In this document: positions 10,710 to 21,289 of the stretch, piece after piece | Layout: the number at the start of each line of letters is the position of its first letter | Numbering within the stretch: the first letter of the stretch is position 1 | NCBI GenBank assembly: GCA_032718475.1 | Contig: JAUCBJ010009029.1 | Span: 1 to 40,557 of the forward strand | DNA length: 40,557 bases | Direction: 5' to 3' | From: Nemertoderma westbladi | Lineage: Eukaryota; Animalia; Xenacoelomorpha | The notes under the pieces: generated by a model | Database searches by the model: none | What the model saw: the letters and a program-made list of their open reading frames with translations, nothing else | Told to the model about the DNA's origin: nothing | Program-made: the position numbers and the translations under genes

Positions 10710-11351
10710 CAGTCCTGCTAACTGGCCTAACTATAGTCACGTAAGGTACCATTATTGAAAGTTTTACGACAACAATAAACAACAATGAATATCAAAAGAG
10801 TAAATGGTAAAGAGTAAACCTCAATAGATAAATCAGCTGTTAATTAATGTAACAATGTGACAAATATAATACTTTAAAGTAAGCCTATGTATAATGGTAA
10901 ATTGCCAACTAATAATCATGATAATATAATGTTTCGAAAAAGTATGGGAAGAATATTTATAAAAGCTAATATAAATCTCAAACACCCAGTACAAACATAC
11001 ATTATTAACCAGTTGTATTGTTGTTTTTTCTGTTGTTTTAACCCGAGGAGTAGGAACCAGCCTTTCCTACTCCGAGGGAAAGCGTTTGTTGTGGGTTTAC
11101 ATTTACGGTGTTGTGGGTTATTTGTCCGATAAAGTGGAAGTTAGGAAATAGAGGCATCCATGTTGTAAGGTAAATCCTCCACTAAAGAATAAGTCGTACC
11201 ACGTAGTCTGGAACACATACTAAGTAATAATTTTGGAAACTTCAACTACTGTAGTTTATTTTAGATTTAATGGTGGTCTGTCAGAATTTCGGCTTGTGTT
11301 TTATTTAAATAATCTGTAAAGGTAGTGTAATATTTATTATTCAGAGTTTAT

Positions 11352-11613
11352 GCAAGTAATGAGTGGATACCGCGCCTGAACTGCTTACACAATAGTGTTT
11401 GGTGGTACAGGTTCGAATCCGACTAAAGGCTGTAGAAATTTCGCACTGTTGTGTCCCTAGGCAAGACACTTTAGACATTAGTGCCTACGCCAACCCGTAG
11501 GGAACCGTAGGGAACCTGGCTTTGCTGGGGTAATGATAATAAAAGCGCTTTGAGTATGCTGAGTGTAGAAAAACGCTATATAAATAACCAATATTATTAT
11601 TATTATTATTATT
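11352..11613 (+). mobile_element. tRNA-derived SINE with CORE-like centre and L2-like tail
   Basis: B box GGTTCGAATCC at about 11410. Central gtgtccctaggcaagacactt. 3' aaagcgctttgag...gaaaaacgctatataaat followed by (TAT)n. Confidence 0.85.
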
Positions 11614-12604
11614 AATTTACAACATTCAGGTCCCTAAGTTTATTCCTGCAGTAATTCTGCTAGTTGTACATACCATACTAGTTAAATTAACCTCAGTACT
11701 ACTTCAGGACTGCTTGGCATAGGTCAGTCTGATTAAGACTAAATACCCTGGTTACTCCGACAGATGCTGTGGTTCTTTTAGCTTTTCAGGTATATGTAAC
11801 AGTTATATGTTTATACAAGTGTTAGTATCTAATCTTTAGTGTGTTTATATTTAGTGTGTACGCAGTATTTTTGTGTTGTAAAGTGGTTAATAGATCCGTT
11901 AGCGTAGGCTACGATAATTAACTTCTAGGTACATGACACTCCGGGTACGTTTGTTTATAGTGTAGACTATAACCCGTCAGACGGTGGCATTTCCTTACCT
12001 AGACAACTGGAATTATTGAATGCTACTTTATTAGTTGAAGGGGGGTAGTGGTCTACGCCCCCCCCCCCCCCCACTCTTCTCTCTTCCTGGAGGAATGCTC
12101 ACTCAAATTCTTCCAGCCATAGAAGAACATCTGTTCGACTGGACATAGAATAAGAGATTAACAAAGGATAATTTTACCAGGTACTCGAGCGAAGAATTGG
12201 AGTCCTTGGTGGAAACACAATGGAACTTTCCCAGACCCGGATTACCCATTAACTTCTCTGAAGTTCCTTGGGAAGACCTACATCTGCTAGGAGTGGCTAG
12301 AGATACCATAGACCCCACGGTGTGGAATAGGTTGGCATCTGGGTATGTCCAGGGATTCTTTAACTCCTTAGGTTGATTGGAAACTCAGCTATTCCGAGGA
12401 CAGTTAGAACCTCAAGCACAGGGCCCATTCTGTATCAAGTGAGCAGGGATCGGACATTAAGGATTAGATTAATTCTATCAGCATTCGAAGAAGCCTCAAT
12501 ACGGAGACAGGATACTTCACTGCAGGTGGCAGTACAAACCTGGTTTCAACGAGTGAAAGACAAAGTTCAGGGAACGACCACGTGGAAAATTTAGTTAGCA
12601 GATC

Positions 12605-13142
12605 TGTTAGCTTATCCAATTCCGCTAACACCCCATAAAGTGAGCCGTTAAGCAATATTGGGAGCACGAGGTTGATTACCCAACCTCGTGTCACCCCAAC
12701 AAAGTTTGAAGGAGAAACGCACAATAGGGGTCAGGGGTTACACCCCTGAAAGAGAGAGAATAGCAGGAGTGAGGGGAAACACTCCAAGGGCGACAACAGG
12801 GTTATTAGCCAATGGGGGGAAGGCACCGGCTGAGTAACGTAACAATGGCCAACCGTGCAGTATATATTATTAGTACGGTAATCATTCATCCAGTTTACTC
12901 AGTAGTTATCCCAGTACAGTCAGGCAGTACGGTGACAGTTAAGACCGTCACCGCCGTCACCAATTACACATTATTGCTGTATTTCCGGTCAATCCTGCTA
13001 TCTGCTATCATCCAGTCACCTATATTATATATCTCAGTACAAGATTCAGGAACACAAACTCTTATCCTTTTCCATCACACGGTGCGGCTGACGCGTACGA
13101 AACAACACCGGATAAACCGGGATCTTCTCGGATCCCGTCACA
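12605..13142 (+). repeat. 5' LTR
   Basis: tgttagctt...cccgtcaca, direct repeat of 18603-19140 with about 10 substitutions counted by eye. Confidence 0.95.
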
Positions 13143-13195
13143 GTCTTAACTCTAGGCCTGCCGAACTGTAGCTGATAGCCACCGAAAGACTGAAG

Positions 13196-16100
13196 ATGAG
13201 TCAAGAAAGGGAGACGACACCGCCGCAGACCCCGGACAACGATCTAACGATCCGCGAGGCCACGGCGAGACGGTATCAACCCACGACGCCGGATCCGTCG
13301 ACGAACGATCCGGTGATCCAAGATGAGGGGGGCCGTCTACAAAGAGAGGACGAGTCGGGAGTCGAAAGGGAGAAACACGAGTCGACGCGGAGCGAGGGTG
13401 ATGTACCGATGTCGCCGGCCAGCCACAGGCTGAGGGCGACGGATGGCCCACCGGAACAGCAACGGTGGGGCCGAAGGTACGACGCCGCACCCGGAGAGAT
13501 GGGGGAGAGGTCGGCAACGAGGACGTCGGGGTCAGCGATCGACTTCGACGGGCCTACAACGCGACCCGGAAACTACTTAAGGAGGCCAAAGAGGGGGCGA
13601 CAATAGATGAGGTAAAGTTGACAAAAGGACTAGGTGAGTCGAACGGATACTTTGATTACCTAGTGCCTTCTGGACAGGGAGAAGTAGCCGAGGAGAGAGC
13701 GAGAAGGGTTGCCTTCAAACTGTTTGGGTTATGGGAACGTAGGGGTATGGGGCCTGGTGCAGTGTACATAGGGCCATACTCAGTCGATGCCCGGGAAGTA
13801 AAATTAGTGGGTTGGAGGAGACCTGAGGAGGGCGAATCCGAGGTTAACCCCGAGGATTCGGTCTCGTTGGTTGGAGGAAGTTCCGGGAGGCGGGGGAAAG
13901 TTAGTAGGACGGAGGGGCGGCGGGAGTCCGCCGCAACCGATAAGTCTACTACATCCTCCGCAAAAGAAAGAAGGGTGCGGGAGATAAATCTGACGTATGA
14001 TTTAGAAATTGCGGCGCCAGAGAGTGACTTTAGAGAGTGGGAAAGGGAGGATAGAGAGAGAGCCGAGGAGTGTAGAGATCAGAAGAGAGAGATAGAGGCA
14101 GAGCATGAGCGGGATGATTTCCGTGCCCAGCTAGAGAGGCTTACACAAAATCAAGCCAAACTGAATCAGCGCCGACTAGAACTGGCGCGGTTGGAAATAT
14201 CAGAGAGTGAGCCCCCACTTACAAACACCGAGAGAGAGAACCAGAACTGGTGTAGCCGTAAGGGCGGGGGGGGGGGGGGGGTAATAGTAGTACGTTAGAA
14301 GTAGTTAATATTAATAGTACCGTAGTAGATAACCCTAATCCCTTTATTACAGGATATATTTTAGATAACCCTAATCCCTTTATTGCAGGAAATATTTTAC
14401 TTGGTAGTAGTAATTTAAATTTAAATACAAATAATCTAAATAATAATTTCAATTCAAACGCGCAAAATAATTCGAATAATAATTTAAGTTTAGAGAATAG
14501 TAGTGGTTTAAATAATTTAAATAATTTAAATAATAACCACGTTTCAAATTCTAATAGTTCTAATAATAATGGTGCTATTAATATAAACGTGTCGGACGTG
14601 CATAACCCCAACGAGGGCCTGGCAGGCCACGCAGTTAGTGCGTAGAGAGTGGCGGGGTTGAGTAAACCCGAGGGGGGCCTGATAGGCCAAGTAGTAGAGA
14701 GAGAGGCGGGGGTAAATAGACCTAGCCGCAGTAGAGACAGTGCGTCGACTAGAGAGGGGTGCAGAAGTAGAGTAAGAGATAGGGAAGTTAGATGTGGCGA
14801 GTGGGGGGGGGGGGGGGGGGCTACGGGTGCCCCACCACAAGAGATTAGTAGTGAGAGGGGGGGGAGGGAGGCAGAGAGTGACCCACAGGCGTCGGCGGAT
14901 AATGCGCGGGCCGAATTAGGTAAACCGCAACACCCGACGACGGAGAATAGTAGGGGGATGGCGAGTATCCCCAGGAGTGTCCAGCCGGACAGAGTAGAGT
15001 CAGATATTAGCGACGAGAGTGGGCGAGCGACGAGACGCCGAGCTCGATCAGGAGAGGAAAGAAGAACAGTGGAGTTTAACCGAGAGGTCGACGAGAGATC
15101 TCACGAGCCGGAATACTGCACTGTGAAGAGAAGAAGAGAAGATAGTAGAAGAAGTGTCGTCGCAAACGACAGGAGAGCGAGGACGGATAGCAGGCTGTCG
15201 ATAGTAGAGATGGAGTTAGGGAGTCAGTGGGGTCGAACTTCGGGAGATTGCCGTCGCCCCGGAGAAACGCACCGCACGCCAAGAGAGGGGTACAGGACGT
15301 ACCAATACAAAGTCGAGAACAGGAGAGGGGATCGAAGAGAAGTTTCCCGACGGGATATAGCTGCCGATCGAGAGTGCGGTAGTCGCGGGGAGATTCGAGA
15401 TTTGAGAAGAATAAACTTCGATTCGGAAGGGCACATGCAGACTGCAGGACATACTGTAGGCCTTACTGCACATACTATTATAGGCCATGCTGGGAGAGAT
15501 AGAGTAGGCGATAAGGTAGCGCGAACAACGGGATTAAACCCGGAAGCCGCGGAGTACATACCGGTAGGTAGGCAAGAAGTAGATAGGCCTATATCGTTAC
15601 CGGTACAGCAGCATGAATATAATACAAAGGGACATAACATATATCCAGGGGAGGGGAGAGTTATTGCAGATAGATGTATGGGCCCCAATATATTAACATC
15701 AACCCCAGTATCAAACATACCAGTGGGGGGGGGGGGGGGGACAGGGTGACATTCCCCCATCACAATATCAGCAATATACCCCAATAGGAGCAAGAACATC
15801 GAACCCCTTGGACGAGAACAGGTCGTGCGGACAGTCGCTACCACACGCGGCCATACAGGGGACTGCTAGTCCACAGTTAGCTGGTAGTAGGGCCACACCT
15901 TGGCAGGGACAGAAAGAAAAAAACACCACAAATAAATACAATCCCAACATGCCCAGTAGGCCGAATACAGACAACCCAAACACAAAATCGGTAGATATAA
16001 ACCTACACGCGATACGTGAAGGACTATACAGGAAACGCTATAATCCAGGATTCGAATGTCAATTACATCGGGACGGAACCCATAAGACCAGGAGTTGTAA

Positions 16101-16296
16101 GCACTGGCAAGCGTTGCCCAAACAAGATCGTATAGCCTACACAGACGCAAACGGACTATGTCATCGATGTGTGGTAGAAGGACACAGATCCGGAGAGTGT
16201 AGAGAAACAGCAGCTACAAGCACGACAGTGGCAAGAAAGAAGAGAAAAGTACTACTCGGGGTAGTACCAGTGAAGATATCAGGAGAGGGCGGTTGA
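13196..16296 (+). pseudogene. gag: Fragmented gag with an internal deletion
   Basis: ORFs at 13196, 13465, 14649 and 15808 are collinear with the minus-strand gag at 27880-23400. CCHC knuckle present; capsid core missing. Confidence 0.75.
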
Positions 16297-17029
16297 TCAG
16301 TAACGACATGTTACCATGGGTGCATGATACCAGGCACCGAAGACGCAGAGGAAGTAGAGGAGAAACCGGAGAGGGTAGATAAGCATAGCGAGGAAGTAAC
16401 AGTAAGAAAGTGGGCGGAGAAGAGTAGATTTCCCAGCAAGTATCGGTATGGAGATGGAGAGAAGCGGACGGCGAGATGTCCGGAGGACAACACTCCGGAG
16501 GAGTGTCCGGAGGAGTGTCAGGAGGACAATAGTCCGGATGAGTGTCCAGAGGAGTGTCCAGAAGAGACGCCGGTCCGGTTGAGAGGCATACCGACAAGGG
16601 GGAGCTCGAGTAGGAAGACAGGATGGAAAGGGATAGGATTACTATTGTACCTTCTGTTTTGCCTGTTCTTTCACTTTCTATTCATTCTGCCGGAGGGAGA
16701 CAACAAGGAAGGAGGTGGCATTTTGATGCCAGGAGACGAGATAGTTAAGAAGACGGCAGAGAGACCCGATTTCACAATGGCAGGAATTGGAGAACCAATT
16801 CCTGGTGAGTTGGAATTGGCGAGGAGAGTGCGGCGAATCCTACAGGACCTACAAGGGGAGCAGTGGGAGAGTGCCTGTTGGAAGAATCGCCCTAGTTAGG
16901 AGGTTTAGTCGTCCAATATTTTGGACTGAGGGGGGTGGGAATGAGGGCGAGACACCCTTCCCACAAGAATAATTATTTAATTTAAATAAATAATAATAAA
17001 TAATTAAATAATTAAAAATAAGACAGTTA

Positions 17030-18200
17030 GTAGAAGTTAGGAGTAGTAAAGGATAGTAAGTAGAGAGGTTAGAAGGCGGCGGAGTATAGGGAGTGTGGTA
17101 TAAACATACCACGGGAGTAGAGGGTACGTAGTACCGGGAGTTAAGTTAGAAGGCGGCGTGGTAAGGGAGTGTGGCATATTGTCATGCCACGAGTAGTAGT
17201 AGGGGGGTTGTGGGCACCGTAAGCGCCACGTAGAAGAAGAGTAGGTTAGAAGGCGGCGGGGTAAGGGAGTGTGGCATATTGTCATGCCACGAGTAGTAGT
17301 AGGGGGGTCGTGGGCACCGGAAGCACCACGTAGAAAGTAGTAGTGGTAGAGAGGTTGTGGGCACCATAAGCGCCACATAGAAAGTAGTAAGAGAGCGGTT
17401 GTGGGCACCGGAAGCGCCATGTAGAAAGTAGTAGCAGAGAGTGGTTGTGGGCACCGGAAGCGGCACGTAGAAAGTAGTAGCAGAGAGTGGTTGTGGGCAC
17501 CGCAAGCGCCACGTAGATAGAGGTATTAGTGGAGGTGGAGATGTAGATAGAGTAGAGTAGTGGAGAGGGCACATAGGGTGCCAGGTAGTAGAGTGGTAGA
17601 AACGGGCACATAGGTGCCAGGTAGTAGAGTTAGAGAGGTGGTTGAGTAGTAGAGAGGGCACATAGGGTGCCAGGCAGTAGAGTAGTATAGGCGGGCACAT
17701 AGGGTGCCAGGTAGTAGAGTTAGAGGAAGTAGAGAGTTAGTAGAGTTAGAGAAAGTAGAGAGTTAGTAGAGTTAGAGAAAGTAGAGAGTTAGTAGAGTTA
17801 GAGATAGTAGAGAGTTAGAAGAGTTAGAGATAGTAGAGAGTTAGTAGAGTTTAGAGATAGTAGAGAGTTAGTAGAGTTAGAGAGATAGTAGCAGAGTAAA
17901 AGTAGTAGTAGAATGGTTGTGGGCACCACAAGCGCCACGTAGATGGAGGGTTTTAGTCAGAGTTAGAAAAGAGTTAGTAGACTTAGCAGAGAGTAGAGTT
18001 AGTGGTTAGTAGAGTTAGAATTAGAGCTAGTTAGAGTTAGTAGAGAGTTAGAGAGTTCTAGTTAGAGTTAGTAGAAAGTTAGAGGCTTTTAGTTAGAGCT
18101 AGAAGTAGTAAGAGTTAGCAGAGAGTAGAGTTAGTAGTTAGTAGAGTTAGGAGTTAGTTAGAGTTAGAGAAGTTAGATAGTTAGCAAGTTAGACCTTAGA
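17030..18200 (+). repeat. Layered purine-rich tandem arrays inside the LTR element
   Basis: About 102-bp duplication, about 46-bp gttgtgggcacc...ccacgtaga units, gggcacatagggtgccagg x4, then nearly C-free (agagttagagaaagtagagagttagt)n. Confidence 0.9.
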
Positions 18201-18593
18201 TAAGGTTGATAGTATGATAGCACAGTGGTAGCATTAGAGGTCAGGGCCTTAGAGAGTGGCAGGGAGTAGAGAGGAGATAGTGAAAGGAGCCGTTGGCGAG
18301 AGAGTTAGAGTGCGATTCAGGTGTGGGGAGAGAGTAAGAGCGAGTTGGGAGTTAGAGCGGAGTTAGTTAGAGTGGCGAGAGTGTTGGGGAAACAAAAATT
18401 GTGTGAGAGAAGCGCACGATTGGCCCGACACGAGACGCCAGAGGGTAGTGACATCATACCCATAGGGAGCGGCCTGGAAAGCCAACTCCGAAAAAAAAAA
18501 ATAACTCCACCCCACACCCGATACTAGATCGGGATCCAGCGGAATTGTAGCGCACTTGAGGTGGATGCTATCTTCTCACCGGGAAGATAGCAT

Positions 18594-18602
18594 GGGAGGG
18601 AG
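18594..18602 (+). promoter_or_regulatory. Polypurine tract
   Basis: gggagggag directly abuts the TG of the 3' LTR. Confidence 0.8.
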
Positions 18603-19140
18603 TGTTAGCTTATCCAATTCCGCTAACACCCCATAAAGTGAGCCGTTAAGCAATATTGGGAGCACGAGGTTGATTACCCAACCTTGTGTCACCCCAACAA
18701 AGTTTGAAGGAGAAACACACAATAGGGGTCAGGGGTTACACCCCTGAGAGAGAGAGAATAGCAGGAGTGAGGGGAAACACTCCAAGGGCGACAACAAGGT
18801 TATTAGCCAATGGGGGGAAGGCACCGGCTGAGTAACGTAACAATGGCCAACCGTGCAGTATATATTATTAGTACGGTAATCATTCATCCAGTTTACTCAG
18901 TAGTTATCCCAGTACAGTCAGGCAGTACGGTGACAGTTAAGACCGTCACCGCCGTCACCAATTATACATTATTGCTGTATTACCGGTCAATCGTGCTATC
19001 TGCTATCATCCAGTCACCTATATGATATATCTCAGTACAATATTCAGGAACACAAACTCTTATCCTTTTCCATCACACGGTGCGGCTGACGCGTACGAAA
19101 CAACACCGGATAAACCGGGATCCTCTCGGATCCCGTCACA
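18603..19140 (+). repeat. 3' LTR
   Basis: Direct repeat of 12605-13142, followed by TSD agatc. Confidence 0.95.
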
Positions 19141-19249
19141 AGATCAACTCGTTTATGGGGAAACCACTGACACCATTCTTTCTTATTGAGAAGGCAATGC
19201 AGTACCCGAAGGGCAACCTAAGAGAGACGATGTCGACATTTATTTATCA

Positions 19250-19510
19250 GAAGCCGATTCACGAAAGTAGTTATTACCCAGCTAGGTAGTTACTAGCTGG
19301 GTATTACCTACTGGCAAACAACTCATCCAAAGCCGTATTTACGAAAAGCAAACACATAGTAAATACCTCTGACATAGGTCTTTCATAGAGGTGTTTACTA
19401 GGTAATTATTACTGGACATGATTGCCAGTAAACACGTGGTATATACCTAATGATATTCACAAAACTAAAAGTAGGTATTACCCATGTGTTTACCATGTGT
19501 TAGGAAATAC
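19250..19510. mobile_element. Probable truncated foldback MITE
   Basis: Recurrent att(c/t)ac(g/a)aaa units. Hairpins tacccagctag/ctagctgggta and tagtaaatacctct/agaggtgtttacta. Second end not seen. Confidence 0.45.
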
Positions 19511-20237
19511 CTACTACTACTACTAGGATCGGCATGCTGCATTGCAGCTGCATTTTTAAGAATGCTGTGCCAGCTTGATGACAAAATTTCACCGCCACAA
19601 CTCCCTATCACCCATGACATTTGCAAGATCATCCTCATCTTCAAGCCAGTGTCCTTCAAGATGTGTCTCAAGAAAGTCATGGGCTGTCCACCACGCTTAT
19701 TCACTCCATGAGGCTGCCAAAGTACAATATTATGCACTGGCTGGTCCTCACGGCGAAAGCAATGTCCTGCAAATCGGAGGCGATTTTGTTCTAGTGTCAT
19801 GCTTGGGGGAACCAATGAGACACCTCCAATGTTATATATTGTCTGGTTGGAGATGTGTGCATTGTACTTGACTCAGTGAATGCAACGTAGCATTCTTGTG
19901 AATGTGCCATCCAGAGATTTTGTGTCCTCAGTAGTTAGAGCCCAACATGGACTCCCATAGAGGAGTACTGGAACTACTGCTGCTCTAAATAATCGGACCT
20001 TAATTTTCCGATTGATTCTTGGTGAGTTTCAAATCCTGGAAAGCCTATTCAAGGCTGCCCATGCCTTTCCCTTACGTATTCGAAGGTCCTCACCTGACTT
20101 CCAGATCCATGAGCCCAGGTAACAAAAGTCGTCCACATGCTCAAGCATACCATCTTTTGAGCTTATGCTCATCTGATCAGAGACTTGATGAGGACTGTCA
20201 AAGTTTACTGTCAAATTTTGGTCTTTCTGGAGTTAAT
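19511..20237 (-). mobile_element. 5'-truncated RTE-clade LINE (family A)
   Basis: Closely similar to 8978-9705: FCYLGSW, RLRFAGHC, (CTA)n tail. Confidence 0.92.
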
Positions 20238-20892
20238 ATCTAATTTCTGGAGGAAATAACTAAATTTGCTGGAGGAGGGGTAGGGCTCTACCAGCATTTG
20301 GAAAACACCTCATTTTTAGCTTTACTTAATTATTAATTATATTAATTATGTCATCAATTATTAGTACATTCTATTCCCCCCTTAGTGATGTCATTTGGTT
20401 GAATTTTGATGTACAGTAAAGAAACTACAGAAAAAATAACAAACGCAGTCAAAAATTGCAGTAGCCGGAGGCGGTAAACAGCTGGCAAACACCTTAGTAG
20501 TGGTACCATAATAGTCGGTACTTTTAAATTGAAACACTATTTCTGCAGCTTGCTACAGGTACTGTACCGTGTACAGGTACATTGAAATAGAAACATTATT
20601 CAAAGTACAGCTACCTTTTGAACCGTTATACTGTACCTGGATGCATATTGCCACCGGTACGTTACCGGTGGCTTATTTCCAATTGGGGTGTAATTTCCAC
20701 ATATGGAAGTATTTCTGGGCTTCTAATTTGCTGTTCCTTAATTAAATAAGCTCACCCCATTGGTTAACATTAATAAAATAAACTAATAAACTTAAATAAA
20801 ATAATACGTATATTTACGGTGGCTGAATGTGGCCAATTTAATTAATTTTAAAATGGGAAATATAAAAGGAAATTAATGAAATATAATTCCTT

Positions 20893-21209
20893 AAAACAGG
20901 AATTAATCAAATATAATTCAACCCAAAACAGGAATTAATCAAATATAATTCAACCCAAAACAGGAATTAATCAAATATAATTCAACCCAAAACAGGAATT
21001 AATCAAATATAATTCAACCCAAAACAGGAATTAATCAAATATAATTCAACCCAAAACAGGAATTAATCAAATATAATTCAACCCAAAACAGGAATTAATC
21101 AAATATAATTCAACCCAAAACAGGAATTAATCAAATATAATTCAACCCAAAACAGGAATTAATCAAATATAATTCAACCCAAAACAGGAATTAATCAAAT
21201 ATAATTCAA
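20893..21209 (+). repeat. Perfect 32-bp minisatellite, about 10 copies
   Basis: Unit aaaacaggaattaatcaaatataattcaaccc. Confidence 0.95.
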
Positions 21210-21289
21210 TCATTTTGGAGGGAAATTTAAAATATTGTCTCAGTGCAGTGCAGCAAATTATCATTCCCTTTTCAGTCTAATACATAAAT

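Larger units (their letters stand above)
12605..19140 (+). mobile_element. Complete non-autonomous BEL/Pao-derived LTR retrotransposon (6.5 kb)
   Basis: Two 538-bp TG...CA LTRs, 5-bp TSD AGATC (12600-12604 and 19141-19145), and a PPT before the 3' LTR. Gag remnants include CHRCVVEGHRSGEC and VLLGVVPVKI. No RT. Confidence 0.93.

Noticed and set aside
11356-11430. tRNA gene
   Set aside because: No cloverleaf or acceptor stem; it continues into a SINE body and (TAT)n tail.
17037-17700. Minus-strand ORFs of 109-172 aa
   Set aside because: Antisense translations of the tandem arrays, with no domain features.
17200-17720. CRISPR-like repeat/spacer array
   Set aside because: The linkers are homologous to each other rather than unique spacers, there are no cas genes, and the array lies inside a eukaryotic LTR element.
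20893-21209. CRISPR array (32-bp repeat)
   Set aside because: Head-to-tail identical units with no spacers.
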